A stretch of DNA of 64,000 nucleotides from Patescibacteria group bacterium (GTDB taxonomy: Bacteria; Patescibacteriota; Minisyncoccia; Phycocordibacterales; Phycocordibacteraceae). The translations under genes and the position numbers were made by a program. The stretch is from assembly GCA_019752595.1 (NCBI GenBank), contig JAIELV010000001.1, forward strand, positions 120,486 through 184,485. Reading direction: 5' to 3'. Below are positions 1 to 8,462 of the stretch, piece by piece. Position 1 is the first letter of the stretch. Each line of letters begins with the position of its first letter. The notes under the pieces were generated by a model. It made no database searches and was not told where the DNA came from. It was given only the letters and a program-made list of their open reading frames with translations.

Positions 1-1
1 T

Positions 2-328
2 AACAAAGGAAGTCCAACAAAAAGTTTTCGTGCACTCGGATCCTCTGCGCGGACTTCAATCATAGAGCGACTGTCACGAGAAGGAACGCTTACCACTTCG
101 GATCTTTCTAAGACGCTCAGGATATCACTGCCGGCAACGCTCAAACATACAAAAATTTTGGAGCAGGCGGGGCTCATCCAAAGAGAGAAACGTAATCGTG
201 CACAGTATTGCTCTATACATCCCGAAAAGTTAGATCAGGCTCTTGAGTGGCTCTTGATCCAGAAAATATTTTGGGACGTCAGTCTTTCACGTTTGGAGAA
301 ACATATTACTTATAAGAAACATATATGA
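2..328 (+). CDS. ArsR/SmtB-family HTH transcriptional regulator (5'-truncated at window edge)
   Basis: Frame 2 translation ...FRALGSSARTSIIERLSREGTLTTSDLSKTLRISLPATLKHTKILEQAGLIQREKRNRAQY... is a typical ArsR wHTH; stop TGA overlaps the next ATG (ATATGA). Confidence 0.6.
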   Translation, partial: NKGSPTKSFRALGSSARTSIIERLSREGTLTTSDLSKTLRISLPATLKHTKILEQAGLIQREKRNRAQYCSIHPEKLDQALEWLLIQKIFWDVSLSRLEKHITYKKHI

Positions 329-768
329 CCGATACTGCTACGGTTATTATAAAAAAAACGTTTGCATGCTCACCTCAAGTATTGTGGGAGGCATGGACTG
401 ATCGAGCCCAGATGGTCCAGTGGTATGGCCCGGAGAATCACACAACTGAGATACATGAGATGGATTTTCGAGAGGGAGGCAATTATCGTTTGACGATGCA
501 TTCAGATCGGGGACAGCAGTATCGTCTGCGCGGTACGTTCATTACTATTGACCAACCAAAAAAACTGGTAATGACTTGGCAGTGGGAAGAATGGTTAAAT
601 ACCGGCATACCTGGACCCGAGACAGTCGTCACCGTAGATATCAGAAGTGCAAGTGGTGGTTCAGAGATGACTTTAACTCACGTACTGCCCGATGCAGAAT
701 CTCAAACATTGCATGATCAAGGATGGAACTCAAGTTTCAAAAAGCTTGAGAAATTTTTTGGTCAGTGA
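325..768 (+). CDS. SRPBCC / AHSA1-like (Activator of Hsp90 ATPase homolog) domain protein
   Basis: 147 aa; ArsR-SRPBCC pairing is common; sequence pattern VLWEAWTD...WYGPE...GGNYRL fits the AHSA1/SRPBCC fold family. Confidence 0.55.
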   Translation: MTDTATVIIKKTFACSPQVLWEAWTDRAQMVQWYGPENHTTEIHEMDFREGGNYRLTMHSDRGQQYRLRGTFITIDQPKKLVMTWQWEEWLNTGIPGPETVVTVDIRSASGGSEMTLTHVLPDAESQTLHDQGWNSSFKKLEKFFGQ

Positions 769-803
769 ACCATTATTACTATTACTAATTAAAAATAAAA
801 GTT

Positions 804-1142
804 ATGAAAAAATATATTGTTTTGTATCATGCGCCGGTAGGTGCTATGGAAAAAATGGCGAACGCTACCCCAGAAGATGCTCAAAAGGGAATGGAGCCCT
901 GGATGCAGTGGGCCAAGAAGTGTGGAAGTGCCCTTACTGACATGGGTCTGCCTCTTGGTGCGGCAATGTCCGTCACTAAGGGCGCAGTAGCTACGGCAAA
1001 GACCACTGTTGTTGGATACTCAATGTTGCAGGCCGAAGATATGGAAGCAGCAACTGCTCTGCTGAAAGGGCACCCGCATGTTGAGTGGATGGACAGTTGT
1101 AGTGTCGAAGTACACGAAGCAATGCCACTTCCGGGCATGTAA
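804..1142 (+). CDS. YciI-like (Dabb) small protein
   Basis: 112 aa; C-terminal VVGYSMLQAEDMEAATALLKGHPHV resembles the YciI-family motif; RBS-less but followed by a strong terminator. Confidence 0.45.
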   Translation: MKKYIVLYHAPVGAMEKMANATPEDAQKGMEPWMQWAKKCGSALTDMGLPLGAAMSVTKGAVATAKTTVVGYSMLQAEDMEAATALLKGHPHVEWMDSCSVEVHEAMPLPGM

Positions 1143-1162
1143 CAGCCAGTTTCAAGAAACCA

Positions 1163-1188
1163 AAAAGCCCCCATACGGGGGCTTTTTG
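1163..1188. terminator. Bidirectional rho-independent terminator
   Basis: aaaaagcccccatacgggggcttttt hairpin between convergent genes. Confidence 0.7.
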
Positions 1189-1212
1189 GTTTTCAAAAAA
1201 TGGAGAATGTAA

Positions 1213-1383
1213 CTATTTTCTTTTGTGGTAGTGATACTGACCTTGTTTGAGTCCCCACTTCGCACAGTTTGTCCTGCAGGTATGCCCGCCTTTTTTGTCA
1301 GTATTTCCTGGGTGTGCAAATACTGCCTGTGGCGCAAGCGCAAAAAGTGAAACTATAATCGCAAGTGCAAGTATTTTCTTCAT
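1213..1383 (-). CDS. Small secreted YHYH-motif protein
   Basis: Signal peptide MKKILALAIIVSLFALAPQAVFA then HPGNTDKKGGHTCRTNCAKWGLKQGQYHYHKRK; the C-terminal YHYH motif matches the YHYH protein family; start chosen at the internal Met. Confidence 0.5.
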   Translation of the reverse strand: MKKILALAIIVSLFALAPQAVFAHPGNTDKKGGHTCRTNCAKWGLKQGQYHYHKRK

Positions 1384-1468
1384 GTAGTGCCAGTGTACGC
1401 ATGCGATCACCGAAGCGCAATAGAGGGAAGATCCGCTATCTATTTACGCATTTCTGCTTTATTCTGCA

Positions 1469-2950
1469 GTGATTATGCCGAAAGCAGATGTGATTATCCG
1501 ATTCGAGGACGTCTCGTTTGAATTCAGTCATATTCACCCAATAGTGACGGGGGCAAGCTTTCCTATACGACGTGGGGCAAAAATAGCCCTGATGGGTCAG
1601 AACGGCGCAGGTAAAAGTACCTTATTCGGGCTTATAACGGGCACGCACACACCTGATTCGGGTAGGGTGATTATTGAGAAGGGGGCTACGATTGCAACCG
1701 CGCGCCAGGTGATACCACGCTCGGAAATGGATTTGACGGTGCGTGAATTTTTCCAACTCTGCTTTCCGAAAAAAGTCTATGACATCGACCCGCGTATCGA
1801 CAAAGTGTTGGAGGTAGTGAACCTGCACGTACATTCTCATACACCAATTTATGACCGTCACATTAAGACATTCTCAGGCGGGCAGCAGGCTCGCTTGCTC
1901 TTGGCGTCCGCCTTGATTCAGAATCCTGACATCCTGCTTCTGGACGAGCCGACCAACAATTTGGATAAAGCGGGAATTGAACATCTCACTGAATTTTTGA
2001 TCGATTACAAGAAAACAGTCATTGTTATTTCACACGACGCGACATTTTTAAACGCGTTCACGCAGGGGGTTCTGTATCTTGATGTATTTACAAAAACCGT
2101 AGAGCAATACGTCGGTACGTACACGGACGTGCAGGCTGAAATTATTGTCCGCATTGAACGCGAGAACATAAAGAACGCGCGACTAGCAAAAGAGATTCAG
2201 GCGAAAAAAGACCAAGCGAATGTGTTCGCGCAGAAGGGAGGCCAGATGCGTGTAGTGGCAAAACGCATGCGCGAAAAGGCTGAAACTTTGGAAGAAGAAA
2301 AAGTGGACGTACGAAAAGAAGATAAAACTATTCGACCTTTCGTTATTCCTTCGCAGCCCGAGTTGGTGGGGGAGGTGCTGACGATAACCAGCTATTCAAC
2401 GCTAAATCCAAAAACACACAAAGTGGTGAATCATAAGGCTGACATAAAACTTAAAAGGAGGGACCACCTGCTGTTATCGGGGCCGAACGGTATCGGTAAA
2501 AGCACTTTGTTGGAGTCGATTGCAAACGGAACGGCAGAAGGCTCGGTTATTTCAAAAGGTGTTCGAGTAGGGTATTACCGACAGGATTTTTCCACCTTGA
2601 ATTTTAATGACACGGTCTATGACTCGCTTTTGGGTGTCATGGAAAAAAAGATTGAGGAAAATTTGCGCTCAACCGCCAGTGGCTTCCTGATAACAAGAGA
2701 AATGATAGGTTCGAAAATCGGTTCTTTGTCTGAAGGGCAGAAGGGGCTCGTAGCGTTTGCGCGCTTGGTTCTACAGAAACCTGGGCTTCTGATTCTGGAC
2801 GAGCCCACAAACCACATTAACTTCCGTCATTTGCCCGTCATTGCAAAGGCGCTTCACGAGTACGAAGGGGCAATGATTTTGGTGTCGCACGTGCCAGAGT
2901 TCGTCGAGCAAATCCGTATCGACGATACGTTGGCCTTAGATAAAAAATAG
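1469..2950 (+). CDS. ABC-F family ATPase (two tandem ABC domains, no TMD)
   Basis: Two Walker A motifs (GQNGAGKST, GPNGIGKST), two signature/Walker B regions (LLLDEPTN, LILDEPTN), 493 aa. Confidence 0.85.
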   Translation: MIMPKADVIIRFEDVSFEFSHIHPIVTGASFPIRRGAKIALMGQNGAGKSTLFGLITGTHTPDSGRVIIEKGATIATARQVIPRSEMDLTVREFFQLCFPKKVYDIDPRIDKVLEVVNLHVHSHTPIYDRHIKTFSGGQQARLLLASALIQNPDILLLDEPTNNLDKAGIEHLTEFLIDYKKTVIVISHDATFLNAFTQGVLYLDVFTKTVEQYVGTYTDVQAEIIVRIERENIKNARLAKEIQAKKDQANVFAQKGGQMRVVAKRMREKAETLEEEKVDVRKEDKTIRPFVIPSQPELVGEVLTITSYSTLNPKTHKVVNHKADIKLKRRDHLLLSGPNGIGKSTLLESIANGTAEGSVISKGVRVGYYRQDFSTLNFNDTVYDSLLGVMEKKIEENLRSTASGFLITREMIGSKIGSLSEGQKGLVAFARLVLQKPGLLILDEPTNHINFRHLPVIAKALHEYEGAMILVSHVPEFVEQIRIDDTLALDKK

Positions 2951-2973
2951 CCCTCAAAGGGCTATTTCAGTGA

Positions 2974-3099
2974 CTATTTTCTTCTCTTTTTACTCGCTTT
3001 TGCTGCAAGCATTGCCTTCTTTGCGGCAAGGCGTTTTGCGGTTTTGTGCGGTTTTTTGTACCACTTTAATGAGCTGACGCCGTGGCTGTTATTTCCCAT
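2974..3099 (-). CDS. Possible small basic protein (41 aa)
   Basis: MGNNSHGVSSLKWYKKPHKTAKRLAAKKAMLAAKASKKRRK; not in ORF track (<60 aa); highly basic, ribosomal-protein-like composition; could be spurious. Confidence 0.25.
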   Translation of the reverse strand: MGNNSHGVSSLKWYKKPHKTAKRLAAKKAMLAAKASKKRRK

Positions 3100-3133
3100 A
3101 GTTCTTTTTATTAGCGGGTATGCCCCCATGATA

Positions 3134-3240
3134 CTACCCGCGGAGCATTTAAGGAAAATACATCGCCCTCTTTAGGGCGTTTTGTATTTTCTTAAATGCG
3201 AACGCGGGCAAGCCTGTGCAAGTAACAGGCGCTCAAGCGG
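3134..3240. repeat. 107-bp inverted repeat, left copy; begins with a copy of the tRNA 3' end (ctacccgcggagca)
   Basis: Reverse-complement of 5869..5977 with 2 mismatches, determined by direct alignment. Confidence 0.85.
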
Positions 3241-3330
3241 AACATGGACTCGTCGCGACCGCGGGAACCTGGTTCCGTAGGAATCCAGGTTACAAACTGA
3301 ATGCCTCTACGGACATGCCTCGTGTAGGTT

Positions 3331-3849
3331 TTATGTCCTTTGTGACGCTCGGGCAAGATATTCTGAAAGCGCGATACCAATGGCAGCAAGGACAAACAGC
3401 ACATGGATACCGACAACAAACATGATTTCGGTTGTCGGAAGGCTACCTTCCAAGTACGTCTTGAGTGCATGAACTCCTGAGATAGAAATTATTGCAAATC
3501 CAAGCTTGAGTTTCAGGTTGTAGGTATTCACATGGTCCAACCAATCGGGCTTCGAAATAGTCTTTCCTTCAAAGTGGTCATTCGTCACGAACAGTGAAAA
3601 TCCTGCGAGCGCCACGACCCACACGAGCTGAGCAACCATGGTTATGTCTACCAGTTCTAAAACTTTAATGATGAGATCTATCTTCGCAATCTCTTGGCCG
3701 AGCACGGAGGTGATGAGGTAGGGGATCTCCGAAAGGAACCTCCAAAGAATCGCCACCAGAATGACAACCAGTCCCATGTAGAAAAAGGACATCAGAAAGC
3801 GCATCTTAAAAAGCATCCCTCCAATGAATTCAAGTGCAGATTTTTCCAT
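3331..3849 (-). CDS. yqhA: UPF0114 / YqhA-family inner membrane protein
   Basis: Blocks LELVDITMVAQLVWVVALAGFSLFV, LKLKLGFAIISISGVHALKTYLE and MFVVGIHVLFVLAAIGIALSEYLAR align to E. coli YqhA; start set at MEKSALEF. Confidence 0.65.
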   Translation of the reverse strand: MEKSALEFIGGMLFKMRFLMSFFYMGLVVILVAILWRFLSEIPYLITSVLGQEIAKIDLIIKVLELVDITMVAQLVWVVALAGFSLFVTNDHFEGKTISKPDWLDHVNTYNLKLKLGFAIISISGVHALKTYLEGSLPTTEIMFVVGIHVLFVLAAIGIALSEYLARASQRT

Positions 3850-3965
3850 AGTGTTATGCATGCTACAGGTAACCAAAAGAACTGGCAATCTTTAAGTTTC
3901 TAATTCGCCAAAGACGAATACCTAAGGGTTTCCTGCGCCCGCATTTTGCGCTATAGATAGATCAT

Positions 3966-4385
3966 ATGGCGAGTATTGAGGTATTTAAAGCGCTGGTAGG
4001 AGAGGCAGTAGAAGACATGAAGAAGCTGCCCCCGCCGCTTGTGCGTATCGCAGGCCCGCTGAGGACAGGTGGTGATGGGTACGAGACGAATTTGCAGCGT
4101 TTGAAGCAGGGGGAAGCACTTCTCCGAAGTCGCGGGCTTACTGTTTTTGGCTATACAGGAAAATACGCAGATGCTATCAAAGCAGCGTACGACTTACATT
4201 TCGAACATTTTCATATTCCTATTCTTAAGACGGGCCTCATTCAGTCAATCTTTTTTCTTCCCAAGTGGGAGGAGAGTAGGGGTGCTGCTTATGAACGGCA
4301 ACTGTGCACCGAGCTCGGGGTTTCGATAGGCGACATTAGTTATGAAGAACTTTCTGTATTTGAATCGGAATCTCGGGGTTCATAG
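3966..4385 (+). CDS. DUF4406-like (nucleoside 2-deoxyribosyltransferase-like) protein, often phage-associated
   Basis: VRIAGPLRTGGDGYETNLQRLKQGEALLRSRGLTVF matches the N-terminal IYIAGP...motif architecture of DUF4406. Confidence 0.4.
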   Translation: MASIEVFKALVGEAVEDMKKLPPPLVRIAGPLRTGGDGYETNLQRLKQGEALLRSRGLTVFGYTGKYADAIKAAYDLHFEHFHIPILKTGLIQSIFFLPKWEESRGAAYERQLCTELGVSIGDISYEELSVFESESRGS

Positions 4386-4494
4386 GAAATTAAATCTTTC
4401 ATTTCCGTCTGCTGGAGGACTTTGTTTCTTTGAGAGCGAAGCGAACTAGGAAACAAGAACTGCTCGCGTGGTACGAAGTTAGGGCATCTTTTAT

Positions 4495-5265
4495 CTATCC
4501 TTTAGCTAGCATACGTGCTGTTGGGATTGCGTCCAGCACGTTGGGTCGAGTCTGGGCGGCTTTATAAAATGCCTTAGACTCTCTAGAATATCTATACAGC
4601 GCACCACGAGAGACTCGAGGCCAATGTTGGCGGTAGTAATTTATCATTTGCTCATCTGTCATTGAGGTCCAATTTTTTTTGACGCGAATGATTGCAGCGA
4701 GAACTTCTGGGCGCTTGTAGGCGACTTCATAAAATGTACAGGACTCATTTGAAAGAATTTGCAACTTACCGCGTGAGACTCCAGGCCAATGTCTATTGTA
4801 GTGCTCAATCATCTGCTGGTCAGTCATCGAAGTCCAGTCTGTTCGAGCGCGCTCGATAGCGTCGAAAACGCCTGGTCTCCGCGAAGCAGCTTGATAGAAA
4901 GCGTTTGCAGCCCTCGAAACTGAAGGGAGCTTCCCTCGAGATATACCGGACCATTCAGCGCGGTAGTATGCCAACATTTCTTCGTCGGTCATCGACTCCC
5001 AATCATTTAAGGCGCGAGGAATCACCTCAAGGACTCGCGGCCTCCTATATGCAGCTCTGTAGAAAGATTCCGCCTCCCGTGAAAGTTTTTGAAGGCGGCC
5101 TCTCGTGACTCCTGGCCAATGTTTATTGTAGTAAGCAATCATCTTTCTGTCGTTCAACAAATACCATCTTGCGCGTTCATGCGCGATTTGCTCACTAATT
5201 TTAAGTGCAGGATTGGTCGCTTGTTGGTCGCTCTCTACATGTAAAAGCTCTTTACGAGTCATCAT
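4495..5265 (-). CDS. Tandem-repeat protein (about 5 repeats of ~51 aa), unknown function
   Basis: Repeating unit W-SMTDEEMLAYYRAEWSGISRGKLPSVSRAANAFYQAASRRPGVFDAIERA recurs with variation across 256 aa. Confidence 0.5.
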   Translation of the reverse strand: MMTRKELLHVESDQQATNPALKISEQIAHERARWYLLNDRKMIAYYNKHWPGVTRGRLQKLSREAESFYRAAYRRPRVLEVIPRALNDWESMTDEEMLAYYRAEWSGISRGKLPSVSRAANAFYQAASRRPGVFDAIERARTDWTSMTDQQMIEHYNRHWPGVSRGKLQILSNESCTFYEVAYKRPEVLAAIIRVKKNWTSMTDEQMINYYRQHWPRVSRGALYRYSRESKAFYKAAQTRPNVLDAIPTARMLAKG

Positions 5266-5398
5266 CTCAAACTAACAGGAATCGCGTGCATAGTCATCTT
5301 GAATGCCTTTAGAGTGCACGCGTTTGTTCTCTGGGTATTATCGTCCCGCGAGCGCAGGTTATAAAAATAATAGCGTCACAAGGACGCTTTATTTTCTG

Positions 5399-5411
5399 TA
5401 ACTGCTCCGCG
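5399..5411. repeat. Third copy of the tRNA 3'-end core (tgctccgcgggta), direct with respect to the tRNA
   Basis: 13-nt exact match to 5963..5975; lies between two CDSs inside the inverted-repeat-bounded segment. Confidence 0.6.
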
Positions 5412-5452
5412 GGTAACTAGGGTTTTCGGCGCTCGCGGTGAAGAAAATTTAC

Positions 5453-5857
5453 TCAATCACCTCTAGTCTGGAGGTCAGATAGCGAGTATGGAATTGGTTT
5501 ACTTTCACCAGGAATCACAACGTAGCGAATGTTGCTATTGTTTCCTACGGACTCTACGACTCCTTTTTGGTTAAAAAATACACTCGCGCGCTTTTGTATC
5601 AGCACTTCAGTTCCAGGTGAGAATGGGACATCATCCTTCTTTTTGTATTTTCTGTCTCTTGGTTTCCAAATACCGTTTTCGTAGTTATTCAATGTTACTG
5701 CCAGGCTCCTCGTAGATCTATTTAGTTTTTTCGCAATATCCGATATCTGTGCCCCCTGCACTTTTTCTAGTAGGGCGCCCTGTATTTCAGATTCTGTGTA
5801 AAATCGTTTTTCCCGCGGCATCCACAGCACTTTACATTCTTGAATAATATCGTGCAA
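5453..5857 (-). CDS. Hypothetical HTH-containing protein
   Basis: 134 aa; segment AQISDIAKKLNRSTRSLAVTLNNYENG looks like an HTH; flanked by direct 13-nt att-like cores. Confidence 0.4.
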   Translation of the reverse strand: MHDIIQECKVLWMPREKRFYTESEIQGALLEKVQGAQISDIAKKLNRSTRSLAVTLNNYENGIWKPRDRKYKKKDDVPFSPGTEVLIQKRASVFFNQKGVVESVGNNSNIRYVVIPGESKPIPYSLSDLQTRGD

Positions 5858-5868
5858 ATGACTTTACT

Positions 5869-5977
5869 CCGCTTGAGCGCCTGTTGCTTGCACAGGCTTT
5901 CCCGCGTTCGCATTTAAGAAAATACAAAACGCCCTAAAGAGGGCGATGTATTTTCCTTAAATGCTCCGCGGGTAGGA
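5869..5977. repeat. 107-bp inverted repeat, right copy (tRNA 3' end plus its 3' flank including a hairpin)
   Basis: Pairs with 3134..3240; contains the tRNA acceptor 3' strand plus terminator-like gccctaaagagggc. Confidence 0.85.
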
Positions 5978-6227
5978 CTCGAACCTACAACCAACTCCTT
6001 ACACTGATTCCCAGAGTTTCCTAAGGGCGTGGACTATATCACGACCGGTTCTCGGTCTTTCGGTATCTAGTCTCTACGGCGCTCGGAACGTAAAAACGTT
6101 CCGTTCCCTCGGTGTTAGCGTAGCCGAAGCGTTAGCGTTCACCGATATCCCGAAATTTTCGATACGGATTCCTCCGTAAAGCTGCCTATGCTGACAGGGA
6201 GCTGCTCTACCATTGAGCTACCGCGGA
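5964..6227 (-). tRNA. Intron-containing tRNA; mature form most consistent with tRNA-Asn(GUU), with an Asp(GUC) or Thr(UGU) register alternative
   Basis: 5' half UCCGCGGUAGCUCAAUGGUAGAGCAGCUCCCUGU and 3' half (U)AAGGAGUUGGUUGUAGGUUCGAGUCCUACCCGCGGAG form a canonical cloverleaf with a 7/5/5/5 stem pattern, U1-A72 and discriminator G, separated by ~192 nt. Confidence 0.75.
5999..6193 (-). ncRNA. Group I (IC3-like) self-splicing intron in the tRNA anticodon loop
   Basis: Contains GCCGUAGAGACUAGAUACC, matching the conserved GUAGAGACUAGA P7/J8-7 core of Azoarcus/cyanobacterial tRNA introns; also AAAUUUCGGG and CCUUAGGAAAC resemble the P5 and P9.0 regions; exon ends with U, intron ends with G in the Asn register (6002..6193). 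Confidence 0.65.
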
Positions 6228-6469
6228 ATGAAAGAACTTTTTATTCTGCGGTGCTCAAAAATTGAGCTACCACAACGAGCGAGGAGCAACGCGAACGTGT
6301 ACGTTCATGGTGTCCGAGCGACGTTGGGGGAAGGCTGGCGCAAAGCCAGACTTACCGCGGAACAGGGGTAATAGTACTTAAAAACGAGCCTTTTGCCAAC
6401 AGAGGTTCTTAATAAAGAATCAAAAAACCGTCTCTCTGAAAACACCTCGAACGTTGCTATAGTTTCTAC

Positions 6470-6880
6470 ATGGGAGAGAATCTGAAACCAAAAGTAGAAG
6501 CGGTTGTGAAGCCTGAAAAGGGAGGGCTTTTAGAAATTACAGACCAATTAACCGATGCGCGTATCGCGCATGCGGAGTTGATGCGCAGAAGTCAGCACGG
6601 GCAGAATGAGCTCGTTATACATAAATTTGAGGTAGCACCTGAGTATGAAAATATGGGTTTCGGAAAAATGCTGATGGACAGCATTAAGGAAATCCTTCGA
6701 AACGAAAAACGCGTGGGCATGCTGAGTGTGCATGCTTCAAATCGAAACGCGCAGGGCTTCTATGAAAGCCAAGGATGGGAATTTGAGGATGCGGAAGAAA
6801 ATGAAATGCCAAACCGCGGGCAAAGCGCGAACAACCTGCAACGCTGGATGATATACGAAACTCCAGACGAAGAAGACTAG
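6470..6880 (+). CDS. GNAT-family N-acetyltransferase
   Basis: FEVAPEYENMGFGKMLM...AQGFYESQGWEF matches the acetyl-CoA binding motif A/B arrangement. Confidence 0.6.
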   Translation: MGENLKPKVEAVVKPEKGGLLEITDQLTDARIAHAELMRRSQHGQNELVIHKFEVAPEYENMGFGKMLMDSIKEILRNEKRVGMLSVHASNRNAQGFYESQGWEFEDAEENEMPNRGQSANNLQRWMIYETPDEED

Positions 6881-7212
6881 GGTTTTTTGGCAGTAGGTCG
6901 GTGTCCAGATTCTATAGCACGCGCCATGCTGTGCATTCTCCAACTCCACGCACCAGTTCTAAATGCTGCCCACCCGAGCCCTACCGCCTTAATTCCTTCT
7001 ACAACACTGAATCCACCCGACTCTGAAATTAATCCCGCTTCATTTGCTTGTGCGACAAGATTCATAGTTTTGAATGCGGCCTCACCACTCAAATAGGCAA
7101 GTGTCCCGCTGACTGCGCCACCAGTCACTGCAGCAGCGTTTCGTCCAGCAATTTCTATCTGTTCAGTGATTTTTAATTTCGACTTTACCTTTATATTTTC
7201 ATGTCCACCCAT
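6877..7212 (-). CDS. Hypothetical protein
   Basis: 111-aa ORF overlapping the GNAT stop by 4 nt; Gly/Ala-rich; no recognised domain. Confidence 0.35.
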   Translation of the reverse strand: MGGHENIKVKSKLKITEQIEIAGRNAAAVTGGAVSGTLAYLSGEAAFKTMNLVAQANEAGLISESGGFSVVEGIKAVGLGWAAFRTGAWSWRMHSMARAIESGHRPTAKKP

Positions 7213-7282
7213 ACATTCACTGTGCTCCTTCTATTAGTATTGTCAACGCCCGTTCGGCACGCGCGGTGGTAAAATAGAGGAT

Positions 7283-7465
7283 ATGAATGAAAAAATGAAA
7301 AGTAGCCCTTCTTCAGACGCGGTCTATGGCCTCGGACTTATCGGGGCGGCCGTATATTACATTTCAATTGCTCCTGATTTCTGGGCGGGCGCGCTCGGAG
7401 TTTTGAAGGCACTTGTGTGGCCCGCATTTTTAGTATTTGAACTATTGAAACTCGTAGGAGCGTAA
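7283..7465 (+). CDS. Small hydrophobic membrane protein
   Basis: 60 aa, two predicted TM segments. Confidence 0.35.
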   Translation: MNEKMKSSPSSDAVYGLGLIGAAVYYISIAPDFWAGALGVLKALVWPAFLVFELLKLVGA

Positions 7466-7523
7466 ATCATATTTAGGACCCTACTTCTTTTGCTCCGCTA
7501 CACATTAGCGATATAGTAGTCGC

Positions 7524-8408
7524 ATGTATCAAGTGCTGCTTTTTTATAAATATATAGACGTGGATGACCCTCAGGCTTTGGCTGAGCGCGTGCGGGCTCT
7601 TTCCACGGAGCTCTCGCTTACGGGGAGGGTGATTGTCGCGCACGAAGGTATTAATGGCACGCTCGAAGGCACGCTCGAGAATACAGAAGATTTTGTAAAA
7701 CAATTTTTCCTTGACGAGCGCTTTTCTGATGTACAGGTGAAGCGAAGTGCTGGAGAAGGTAAGAGCTTTCCAAGTCTTAAAGTAAAAGTACGCAAAGAAA
7801 TCGTCGGCACAGGCTTTACTGAAGCGGAAGCAAATCCGCGAGTGAAAACAGCACCCAAAATTAGCCCCGAGGAATTGCGTTCGTGGTACAAGCAAGGAAA
7901 AGAGTTTGTGGTTGTGGATATGCGCAACGATTACGAATTTGCTTCTGGACGTTTCAAAAATTCGGTAGAACCAGGTATTGCTGCTTCGCGTTATTTACCG
8001 CTTGCTCTCGAGAAGCTTGCGCCACTCAAAGACAAAAAAATTCTGACGGTGTGCACTGGTGGTATTCGATGCGAAAAGATGGCCCCGTACCTTATGCATA
8101 ACGGGTTTTCTGATGTGCAACAACTTGATGGAGGAATTCATTCGTACATGGAGAAATATCCAGGAGAAGATTTTGAAGGAACCCTCTTCACGTTTGATAG
8201 GCGCAAAACCATGCATTTTGGAGGAAACAGAAAAATTGTAGGCGTGTGCTATTTGTGTAGCGCTCGTTCCGAATCATATGCGGATTGTGCTCAGCCTTCC
8301 TGCCATAAGTTATTTATCGCATGCGATGCATGCAGAAGTGCAGATGGAAGCGTGTATTGCAGTGAATCGTGCAGAGTGACTCATGCAGCAGCTCAGGTGC
8401 AGGTTTAA
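7524..8408 (+). CDS. trhO: Rhodanese-domain tRNA uridine(34) hydroxylase TrhO (UPF0176/YceA)
   Basis: VLLFYKYIDVDDP N-terminal block, rhodanese active-site CTGGIRCEK, C-terminal Cys-rich tail. Confidence 0.8.
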   Translation: MYQVLLFYKYIDVDDPQALAERVRALSTELSLTGRVIVAHEGINGTLEGTLENTEDFVKQFFLDERFSDVQVKRSAGEGKSFPSLKVKVRKEIVGTGFTEAEANPRVKTAPKISPEELRSWYKQGKEFVVVDMRNDYEFASGRFKNSVEPGIAASRYLPLALEKLAPLKDKKILTVCTGGIRCEKMAPYLMHNGFSDVQQLDGGIHSYMEKYPGEDFEGTLFTFDRRKTMHFGGNRKIVGVCYLCSARSESYADCAQPSCHKLFIACDACRSADGSVYCSESCRVTHAAAQVQV

Positions 8409-8462
8409 TTGCTTCTCTTCGTGCTTAAAAATGAGTTTTGAGGAATATATACTGTCTGAAGC

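Noticed and set aside
6240-6300. Second tRNA next to the intron-containing one (ttgagctacc repeat)
   Set aside because: Only an 11-nt D-arm-like match; no acceptor, anticodon or T arms can be folded.
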